64,000 bases of DNA from Botryllus schlosseri. Lineage: Eukaryota. The DNA lies in the NCBI GenBank assembly GCA_051294905.1, contig CM119378.1, forward strand, positions 10,478,001 through 10,542,000, written 5' to 3'. Every line of letters starts with the position of its first letter. Within the stretch, counting starts at the first letter, position 1. Below the pieces are notes generated by a model. That model was not told the DNA's origin. It saw only the letters and a program-made list of their open reading frames with translations, and did not search any database. Positions 39,501 through 51,500 of the stretch are shown in pieces. The position numbers were made by a program, and so were the translations under genes.

Positions 39501-42500
39501 GGGAATAGCATGAGAAGCTAGAGTCGAGTACGAGGAGGCCATGCTAAGGCTGAAGTTTATTGGAGAACAATCTTTGTGTTCAACCTCACCTGATCTAATA
39601 AACTCCCGTCGGTCGAAAAAAACTGAATCTATACTCGCGTACCACCTGGCAGACCTTCGCGTACCACAGGTTGGGAGCCACTGGATTAACAAGTCACTGT
39701 TCCGAGTCGAAAGTCCTTCTCTGAATTTAAAGTTTGATCCGACTCAACTCGAGTCATTTTTATTTAATTACCCAGTCAATCTGAAATCGAGTAATTTTAC
39801 GAGAAGGTCGCACCAAGCCAAATCACAAATTTTAGTCACGAATCATCAACGGGGCATGTTTTATCGTCATGAACTAGAAATGTGACGTATTAGCTGTTCT
39901 TCTACCACATGGTAGCTTTTAAAAGTGATGTGATAGTGAAGTTTGTTGAGATTTCAGTGATTTTCATTGTAGTTTTAGGGTGAAATGTAAGTTCTTATAT
40001 CTATAAAAGATATATCGAACTTGAATATATTATTAAATACTTGAAATTCCAAAATTTCGTCGCGGGCCACACAAAATGCTCTCCCGGGCCGCGTGTTTGA
40101 GACCTCTGATCTAGTGGAATGTCTTTCCCTCTTTCGAGAGTTGCAAATATACTTGATAATTTGTACGGATTTGAACCAAGTCAAGTAATTGACAAGTGAG
40201 ACAGCCGCCGTAGTTTGGTGGTTGAAGCACTTTATAGGCCCTAACTCATGCCATATTGACGGTTCTCACACCACAACGCACCCAGTGACAACCAAAATCC
40301 ATCCAGTTCCAGGCCAGAGAGAACCCATACACCGGAAAATCTGACAGACAAAACAGAATAGTGATTGATATGGGATTTATAATTGATTGGTAATAGCTCA
40401 TTGATTATTATCAAAATGTGTTTCCTGGTACCTAGATATAAGCAGAAGAAGGAATCTGCTCTTATCTACGATAAAACTGGTTGGTTATTCTGATATATTG
40501 TACCATTTAATATTGTTTTTTTTTTTATTCAGTACTACATTGTTGAAGTATTTGATCTTGGGAATCCTACTTATCCTTCGGAACGACCTGAATTAGTTTA
40601 CAATCAAACTCAACCCAATAATGACGATTTGGAAATTGACGGGCTCGAACCAGGAACGTTGTATGAAATTCGGGTTACCAATATTGGAAAAGATGGCCAA
40701 TCAAAATCACGCAGCACATATGAAATCACAGGTGAGTTCTTGTTTTGCCTGGTTATGATCTACAAATATTATTCAACTATTCAATTATTCCTCACATATT
40801 TTCGGAAACATTATTTTTGCTTTCACGTTGCCTTGCAATTGATTTCCCTTTTTCAATCTCACAGTCTCCATGCTATGTTATTGACAATTCAAAGTTTTGT
40901 ATACAAGTTTCGAGAATATTTGTGTGTTTAGAACCGGAACGTGTAAATGCTAAAGTGATCAGTGTTGGTCCAACTCGAGTGGAACTTGAGTTGGAAAGAG
41001 GCAAAGGTTACACCGAGTACATCGTGTTGTATATATCACCAGAGCACCCAATAAGATATGTGAGTAAAGCCAACAAAATTTTACAACGAATGTCACAATG
41101 ATACAAATATACACGATCGTGCTATCTTGTAGATAAGACCATCGGATTCGGGTGATCTTATTCCAATCGATATCGATGATCTGAAGCCTAACACTACATA
41201 CACATTACAAATGTATGGACAAAGTGGTCGGAAAAGGGGGAGACGAAGGAGTATACCTGTGATGACAGGTATGAAAAGTCCAATTCATTTTATCAGCGGT
41301 GAATCAAACCTATCCATTCATATGTGTATTTGAATCGAATAAATATTTCCGCAAAGAGAGTTATTTGATAATGGTGGCAGAATTTATCATACTTGTTGTC
41401 AAAGTACATCAATCTGTAATAGGGAAAACTTGCCTCGAATTATTATCTTTATCAATACTTGGTCATTATTCACTCTCGTGCTCACCTGTTTCAAAATCAC
41501 CGTAAGAAACTTGTTGTATTGCCATAAAGAAATGGTCTATAAAGTTTATTGAACAGATCAAAATGTTGTCTGGTAGACCAAGATTTTAGTAATTAGATCA
41601 CTATCACACAGGTATTGCTATATAATGTAGTGCAATTATTATGTCGAGGACTCTGAAGCCAATGACAGTATGCTCTGAATGTGCTTCCGCAGGTTTTTGC
41701 TATGCGCAACTCTTTCAAAGCTTTATATTGCCATTGACGTCTCAGGGCTTTTGGAGGAACAAGAATCGGGAGAAATTCGAGTTGAAGCCACACCCGTTTC
41801 TGCAATCATTAAATTCATTGTTGAAAGTCCAACGGAAGGAAATAACTATACCTTGCTTTTGATGACACCCAACCATCCGCCAAGGACATACCAAGGAACC
41901 ATGGAGAGAAACAAAACTGTAACGACATTTATGTTTTGGTGTTTAGTGTGGAATTAGTGTTGACATTGCAAATATTCTTGGCTATTGTGATTGTTAGTCA
42001 CACTTTCGCCGAATGGAATTTAGTTATCAGTTCTATCAATGGAATTTTGCAACAGTGTATTCATCTCATAACTATCAAAATATCTAATTATTGCAAGATT
42101 TATTCTTTTATTAAATTTCTATTCCTTATCAATCCACATTTATCTAATAGCTTTACGAAGTGAGAACTGGCAATAACTTGGTGCCATTTACGGAATACAA
42201 TGTATCAATTGTTGTATCCAACACTCGGTATTTTGGATCATTCAAAACAGGTGAGTTTGATACCTCTGCACTGTTGTGGGGGAAGATGGTCAGCTAATCA
42301 TTATGATTTTTATTTATTTTCTATTTCTATTATAACAAACAGTCCTTGTGCTGAGTTATAAGACGTTTTTCTCAGTTTTATATGCGGTTTAATGAGAGTC
42401 TTCTTAAATAGTGTAATTTACGATATCCAATTGTCTCACTTTGCTGCTTTAAATCAAACTGACATGCAGTCGTCTTTTCTCAATAGTCCTGTGCAATTGG

Positions 42501-45500
42501 TATGTACTGGTATATCATATAAATGATGAGTTTGATTGTACAATCAATATCTGATAGCATTATCATGAATCCTTATGTTATGATGATACTTGATATCTTG
42601 AGTTGTAATGTTACTATTCGGATAGAACATCTCAATTCTAACATTACCACACAATATGTTGAATTGGAGTGTTTACCTAAGTTCAGTTAATTAATAATGT
42701 CATCATTTTGAAATACTACAAGATTGCCATAAGATGAAAAGGTTGGAAGAAGACGAAACGATCTGTAGTAGTCTTTCATGAATACACACGCCTTGTCCTC
42801 TAGAACATGTAAATAAAAAGCATGTACATACTCTGAATGTATATGTAATCTTTCATTTCAGAACAATTACCAATCCCAACAAACATACGCTTCTTTGATA
42901 TAACCACGAACTCTTTCACTGCTCAATGGGACGAAGTAAATTTGGTGATGGTGAGCATTAGTGAAATTAGGTTTTTCCATAACATTTGACTATAATGTAC
43001 TATCTGCCACCGGAATGCAGGAATACCGTATCAATGTTACTAATGGGTCTATGGTTTATGGAGGTGATTTCGAGAAACCATTGAGAGTTTTTGAAAATCT
43101 GCTCCCAGGAGAGACATATACTGTGACTGCTTCAAATTTGGCTAACCAAGCATCATCAAGGGAGATAAAAACCACAGTTACTCTTGGTAAGCTTAATGTT
43201 TCATATCTACATAGCATACTGTTTTATGGACCTAATAATTTTGTGCATCAGCCGACAGCCGAATATCATTTCAATGGTGATGATATATACTTTGCTTGGG
43301 ACCTTGATGCATTCCCGTTATTGATACTGATTCAGCATCTTTCACATGCAATGCTATTGTCACTAGTGCCAAAGGAAGTGACCGGCCTACGGATGATTTC
43401 TACCAATTACAGTAAAGTTGAGCTCGGATTTGAGCGTCCACCTGAGGATGGTGTTCAGAGTCGTTATGAAGCTATCATCAGAATGAAAGGGTCAAAAGAA
43501 ATAATACAGGTTACATACAAATACCATCACATCAAGCCAAATTAGTGGTTGTAAGATTAGTGTATCGTTTTGGACATGACAATTTTGTTAAAATATGAAA
43601 ATCATGAATGTGCGATATTTTGTGATATTTCAGGAGATCGATATCGATAAGAGCGAAACTACATTCGAATTCAAAGATCTTCTGCCTCAGACTGAGTACG
43701 AGGTTGAAATTTGGCCTGTATCCGGGCAGCAACTGGGAAAACGCGCTTCGATACAATTTGAGACAGGTAATGCTATGGATTTGATTTCAGTGAACAATTT
43801 ATTCGTTTTACTACAGGTGCTTTATCCCATTGCTCTACAACCGGTGTGCACCAGTATGAAATGGTGTAAAAGGGTGTATCACACAGCGCTTGTCACACTA
43901 AACCAAGGGTTCGCTACTGGCGTCCATGACATAGTTTTGGAGTGCATGGAAGATCAAATCAAGGCCTAGATCAAGAAGCCAACTATCATGAATTTACAAT
44001 CCATGTGTTGATTCATCCAGCACTAAGAACGATGATTTTCTGTAATATTCAGCCATTTTGGGAATCTGGAATGAGATCCCCAATCTGTGAAGTTAGCACA
44101 GTGATTAGGAATGTCAGTTTCAGTCCCTGCCTAACCCTTTCTTTGTTGAGTGGATAGATTTTTTGTAACATATTGAAAATTGAAGTCACTCGTAGTTAGG
44201 TAGTAAAGGCCGTAAGCAACAGCAGTAGTATTGTAGTATCATGTTCTGTGAGTATGTCGATGGTTTTGGCTTATCGAATCCACTTTGAGCTTTGATATGG
44301 CAACAGCAGTTGGTCACTTTGTCTCCAGCTAAATGGCTCTACAACCTCATTGTCAATTATATACATATGTTTAATTTATACATATGTTAAGGCCGTGAGT
44401 GTACACTGTACAGGGTCCAGGGGTGCAAGAGTTTCTCACAACATCTATTAGGGTTAGGGTTTAAGGTTGAAAAGCATTGCTCTAACCCAGGGGTTCTCAA
44501 AGGGTGGGCCACAGAGCATTTTGAGGTGGGCCACAGAGCCATTCAGAAAATTTCAGAATTAATGTAAGTTTAGTTATATTTCTTATGTTATTCGCTAAAA
44601 ATATAATCGTATTATCTAATTATACGTAGGCTACAAAAAGCTTTTCATCCGACTCTGATTAGACATAGTGGCACGCATGAAGTCAGCATGTACAAATCGA
44701 AAACGTTAGGGAGAAACGGTGGCTTTTTCTACTGGCTATGACAACCTACGACTAACAGCAACTAAAATAATTTCAAGTGTACAATAACTGGAAGATAATG
44801 CTGAAGTAACGAAGTATTCCGGCAGGGTCATATGTCATATTCTGTTGAAAGGGGTATGCAATGAACTCGCAATGAAGTGCAATTGATGTACTGATTTATT
44901 GTACTTCGGCAGGCCGTATTATTGCAAGCTAAACATAGCCATAATTGCAAATTATTAGCAACTACTGGCGGAGGTATACTGCACCACCGCAACAACGAAT
45001 CTTAATGGATTGAGGATTTAACGGAGCGCAATAATATTTTCCAGTCGATTTAAAATGTCCGGCCTGGAAATCATTGTACATACTGAAAGAGTCACAGGAA
45101 TTGATTGTATCATTGGATTGAATATTCTGATATCGCAACTTCAGTTGTTTTGGTACAAGACATGCAAAGTACATCATGCATATTGAAAAATCTTTCTCCA
45201 CTTCTCTGCAGTACCCCATTCACCAATGAATTGTTCGATGCTGGCCCAGCATGAATATAATATTCCCCACAATAGTATCACTAAAGTCCAATCACACAGC
45301 GCGGGGATCTGATCATTGTGTTTCGCGACGCGAATGGAGCAGCGGACGAAAATAATATACTTAGGAGTTTTAGCTTATGATCTACCAGGGCCGTACCTTC
45401 CGCACCCACATCCCCAATTGGGGGAGCTCGAAGGGGCCCAAGATTATTTCGTTGGTCGTTTGTTGAACGATATTTATTCAACTTGAATTTTTTTTCGCGC

Positions 45501-48500
45501 TTCACGCGATTTCATATCCCGGGAGATCGAGATTTAAATATCATCAGTTAGAGAAAAATGCGCATATTTTAGAGAAATAGGCATATTGGCGCTGTCCGTG
45601 ACCACGAATTAAACAGGATTATGACTCCAAGATATCAGGTGAGCCACAGCACATTTTTAAATCAGAAAATGGGCCACGGCCAAGAAAGGTCTGAGAACCC
45701 CTGCTCTAACCCAAATCAGTGCAACATGGGAATATATCATTTTAAGATAAATTATATATATATATATATATCGTCGCAGTGGAATCAAAGTATCTTATGT
45801 CCATTTGACACATTTTGGGAAAATTAACTTTGAGTGAAGTTTTCATCTTCTTTCAGCCATATATATGCCCCGATTAACTTTGATACACGGAGACAGACAT
45901 AACCATGGCTAAGATATGCCCGAAAGAAATACAAAAATCTTCGAGAAGTCGATTTGTTTCAAGTTTAAAAAAGGGAGCTTCAGAATTTTAAAACTGGACA
46001 TAAGATACTTTGATTCCACTGCGACGATATCTTGAAAATTTCCCATCCTGTATCTGCAAATCGGTGAGGTTCATTTCAATTATTGAATATTTCAATTGAA
46101 TTCTCAACAGATGCCCTTGAACCATGGGTAATCTACGTTGACGCAACACCAATATCAGCCACTATCTGGTTCAACGCAGAGCATGTTGATGGATTGCAGT
46201 ATTTTCTGACATTTATCAATGCGGTTGACGTAATCAACAACCAGACCAGGGCGACAAGCTACGACATCAACAAAATGGTAATTATTCATGGCTTTGATGC
46301 CTTCTTAGAAATGGATGGCAAATTGAAATATCTGGTATCCTCAAACGTTATCAAGTCATGGTGAAATGTTTGTTACTTCATTTAATTGAGAACACAGGCT
46401 GATCACCATGAAAATGTATGCCAGGAATTCTTAGCTTAATTGTCTTCTTTTTCAGTTCTACACTGTAGAGACAGACAAGAGCCTGATTCCTGGAACAGAA
46501 TACACAGTTGATCTTGAACTTACTGGAAATATGGATACAATATCTTATAAGGAATTTTTTTATTCTGGTGAGTTATTGCGTTAGGCCAGTGGTACTCAAC
46601 CTGCTTGTCTTCGCGTACTCCGTTTGGACCGCCACGGACACCAGTGGACGCCCAAAGTTTAGGTTTAAATTTAGCTCAATTAACGCGCAACCGTCATCGG
46701 TCTTGTGCAAATATATTAACTGTAGGCTAGTGATAAACAGCAACAAAATACCTTTTCTTGAAAATAACAACACAATGTTTATGTAGAAATGGTGTATACT
46801 TTTATTTCAAAGCGATTTCTGTAGCTGTCTTTCTTGAGAAACTCAAACGTATCTTGAAAACCCGTACCTTCGATTTGATATGAACGAGTTCAGAAAATCC
46901 ATTTCCACAAATATAGGTGGTGGTGAATGTAATAATAAGGCGTAACTCTTTCGGCGACACCTTTGGGTATGATCACAACATAAATGGCACAAAAACAGGT
47001 TTTTTAATGAGCATGTAACGTCCAGCCTAGTCATTTCTATCTAGCAGTTCATCTTGAAGTTTTTTCTGGAATAGTGGTTATGGTTATCACAGGAGATAAT
47101 GGATTATTAGCAAACATTTTGAAGTCACCCTGATTTACCCTACTACTCCAACTTTTTCGTTTTTCGACAAACCACAATAAAACGTCTCATAAACAGCAAT
47201 ATGTTTCTGTCAGTAGATTATTGGCTATTTGGCAATTAAAATGAGTTTGTACAGTATGATGTTTCATCTCAAACGGCGATTCTGTTGATGTGAGTCTTGA
47301 ACGTGTAGCAGTCATGAAGTGAAACTGCCTCGAGATTTCTCTAATTTGAAGAAATACAAATTAGGTCATCAACCATTTCGAAAATTTAGAGGCTTCGCGG
47401 ACCCCTAGGGGCTCTTGGACCCCCGGTTGATAACCACTGTGTTAGGCAAAATAACCCAGTGGAGATTTGTCGACTTGAACACCAACATATGTCCGTATTG
47501 AAAGTGAATGCTACAATTATAGAATACTGAGATACATGTGAATTTACAGCGAAAAAAATCTCTTTTGGTACTAGAATAAGACCTATAAATATTTATCGAC
47601 ACCAGTAACAGTAATAAATTATTATTATACAGATTTTTAACAAAGTTACTTTATACTTGGTGTGGACATGCTTAAGAAAGAAACCGATATCACTTAACCT
47701 TTGTTGAGGATATTGAATTATATCAAAATCCAGTTAATCTCCAGTTCTGAATTAATAGATTATCACATACTGTAATAGCTTTATTGAAGATCCTTTAAGC
47801 ATAATCCAAGATTCGCATTTCCTTGACCCAGATGCCTTACCACATCCAACTGGGGAACGGGTGACTGATGTAACTTCTAATGGATTCACAGTATCATGGG
47901 AGGAAGCCCAATATGTAAAGGTGAGCGAATATTTATATTTTGCTATTATAGAAAGGAAAACAGGATTAATTGTAATTTGATGACATATGCTGTGCATTTG
48001 TTCAGGACTATCAAATTAATGTTACTGATGCAGCAGACGGTTCCATATTGTACTCCAGTTCTGCGAAGCGACCGAATTTTGTGCTGTCCAAAGGAGTGAT
48101 ACCTGGCGGGACTTATATTATCAGTATAGCTAATTTAGCAAATGGAGCCTGGTCAAAATCTGTGAGATTGAGGGACACTGTGTGTAAGTATCGATCACTG
48201 TTTGGTGCCCAATGAAAATTTTACTGTATAAATTTTGGATTTTCTTTTGTGCAATTATCAGTTTATTCAATTCCTCAAAAATTGCCCGTTTTATAACTTT
48301 TATAAATTTGCCTCTGCTGAGATTATCATGTTTCAAATACCGAACTGTCTGATATTGAATTCCTCATAGAAAAAAATTTGAAATTATGACTTACTGTGAA
48401 TTCGCCTTTGCATGGCCTCCTGGAAATGATATGCTTTGAATTCATTCTGTTTGACACTCAAAATTGAGTCATGGGCGGCTACCAATGTGAATATTGGTTG

Positions 48501-51500
48501 AAAGATCCTAGGGTGCACCTACATCAGTTTCTCATATATTAATTTATGCAATTCGCGTCAATTCGTATCATGGCAGTCTTTGGTATCATGCTCCATTACA
48601 TAGTTAGTGACTTATACAATTAATTTACAATATTATATTAGATTTTATCATACATATTCCTTGATAATTCGCACTGGCTGTTCTACTTTCTGAGTGTTTT
48701 TTCTATTATCAAAATTCATGTTCATTATGAGCTTATTTTCTGAATGTTTTTTGTACTTGTTATTGGTTATGATATGTGCTTTACTTTTTAAAAGATCCAA
48801 AAAAGATCAGAGTAATGTCGGTATCGGAGTCAAAGGCAACAAGAATTCAGTTGCAAATAAGCCCAGGCTCTGGAATAGCAGACGAATTTATGGTGACTTT
48901 GGTTGCTAATGATGATCCAAACGATGTGCAGACAAAAAGGGTAAAGTGTGAAAGTTTTGTTTGAATTTTTTTCAAGTTCAGAATTCATCTACTCATGACA
49001 GAATAATTTATAACAAAATCTCATCCATTTTGTAGTTGAAGTATTCGCCCAGGAACAGATATATCTCTTTTTCTGGACTCACCCCGAATACAACTTACAC
49101 AGCAACGGCATATGCGAAGAGTGGTGAAAGGAAAAGTGGTGAAACAACACGCACTGTTTCAACAGGTAGAAAATTTCATGATATTTCCGCTAGTCCTTGT
49201 CGACGATACCAGATTGAAAGACGTCAAAACAAATTCATGAAATTATTCAATGCCATGGTGACATATCATCCTAAAATTTTGAATCTCCGTAATTTAAGAA
49301 AAAAATGTAAAAATGTTGAGAATTAATGTACCTGATTGTTGTTTTGGTTTTACGGTGTCACCAGCCTCATGCGTTTGCCTGCAGTTCACATGTGCCAATT
49401 TATACCTTAGTCCGGTTTTGTATTAGGTAATTTTTATCATTTAACACAATGCTTGTTAAAATACTAGATATTTGATATATATGTGTGTCGTCATCATCAT
49501 GGTTGACTTTATATTTGTGTTTAATTTTGCAGCATCACCAGAGCCGAAGCTTCTAGAGGTGTTCAACGCTTCTAGAAATGCTGTTTATATTCGCTACTCG
49601 GATGAAGACAGTGCCGGGATACTTGGCTTCCGTATCAGATCAATACATAATTTGCTGCCTCCCTTGATTAGAGAGGTATGGTTGTATTGTCTTTTTACAG
49701 ATTTTAAGGAATTGTATATTGTCTACTCACACTCGCAATTCCGACACAATGGAGTGTAATTCAGGGTTTTTCAAACTTTTTTGGAATGGACCCCAAACTT
49801 TTTGGGGGGGCTGCGTGAACCCCCTATTGTGATCTAGTACCAGAAAGCTTGCTGTCGATGTGAGTAGCCTAACTGTGAAATTTATGCAGCCGAAGACTAA
49901 AAAGAGGTCATCAGTTTAGGCCAGTCCTAACCACGACCTAGTTGTCATCTGGTGCGAAGCTGATGCTTAAGACCTGAAAACTAGTTGACGTGCAATAATT
50001 TAATGCTCCTGTCGTCTGTGTGGGTATTATGACCCGGGGACAAGCACTGGAAAGGGGCATAAGTCACATATATTTACTTATCTTGAATAAAGACCGTTTA
50101 GTCTGATAGTTTATAGTTGTAATTTCAACATTGAACGTTCATTGTCCTTTTGTAATTTTTATGATATTGAGTGTTGCGATAAATTAATCTTGTTCAGCTC
50201 AATGCAGATTTAAACCATGCAGCTGGTGTGCAATCAAATAATGGCAGTGATCTGAACTAACGTTGAATGAAAAATTTACATTTTTCCAAAATCTTTCATC
50301 TCAACATATCTTCTGGTGTAGGGAACATCCGCTAATGTTATCCACTTGCGTGCTTTAGAATTTAAGAAGACTAAAATTGGCAACAGATTTTGTGAAAACT
50401 GATTCAGTACTTTTCAGTTTAAATGCGGGTAGTCATAATATCCATTGCAGTTTTCATTCATTCATCATATTGGAATTTTATCAGATCTACACACCACAGG
50501 ATTGCAAAATAAATTGAGGATAGGAAGGTGCCGAAATGACTTGGAGTAGTGTTTTATTGAGACACCCACCTTGACCTAGAGCAGGGGTCACCAACTCACG
50601 GCCCACGGGTCGCATGTAGCCAACCAGGACATATACTGGAAGAAAACAGGTTATGGAAATGGTGTATTGATCAACGGAGCAGTATTGAAGAACCTTTGCC
50701 TTTTGATATTGCTATGTCTTGGCTGGCGGCCGGCTCGTAACAAGTTGGAAAATTGCTTCACTTGGAAAATTTGTCAATTTTGAGTTGGTGACTCCTGGCC
50801 TGGAGCATGTAAATCAGAGGCATGCACACTGGATGAAATGAAATAAAGGATAACATAACAGGACTAGCGAGGAAAATGAATATCACAGGTGTTTGTAGGC
50901 AAGGTCGATATGTCCGATATTCATCCGATAATCTTGAACGTTGACTAGTATTCGTATATTCAATTTGCATTGTGAAGTTATAATTAGGGCAAGTTTTTGT
51001 TGCACGAAAATCGTAAGAAAGTTGCATTTATTTTGAACAAAAGTTGCAGTAAAAAGTTGCATTTATAAATTTTGTTGAATTATTAGGGTATGCGATACTC
51101 GAAAGGTTCCGTTGTATAACCTAGCTCCTACAGAGCTGTCAAATTTGTTACTTTATTGCCATTTAACACACGAAATTACATTTTTACTGGCACATAGCGA
51201 GAAAATTACGCAATGCGGGAATAATTTCCGTCAAAAAGCCAAACTGCATAGCTATAACCCCCTCCCCCTAAAACAAGTCAAATACCACACCCCAAATCCC
51301 CTAGACCCAAGGCGTTGCAGAGAAACGCACTCTTGGCGACTTTAACAAAATCTATCGGCTAAATGTCATTTTCGGCCGTCCCCCGCCTGGGCGTTCGTGG
51401 AATGGGAAAACTACCTCAAATTTAAACGACAGTATCGATAAAACGATCTATTTACATATTGTTCGAACACGGTCGTGCTTGGCTGGGTAGTTGAACTTTT

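Larger units (their letters stand above)
37679..40108. mobile_element. hAT element hosting nested insertions
   Basis: CAGAGGTCTCAA...TTTGAGACCTCTG; perfect TSD ATCTAGTG (37671-37678 and 40109-40116). Both ends align to the uninterrupted copy at 59077-59995. Confidence 0.9.

Noticed and set aside
44448-44466. TTAGGGTTAGGG as an interstitial telomere
   Set aside because: Only two units, which is too short to be meaningful.
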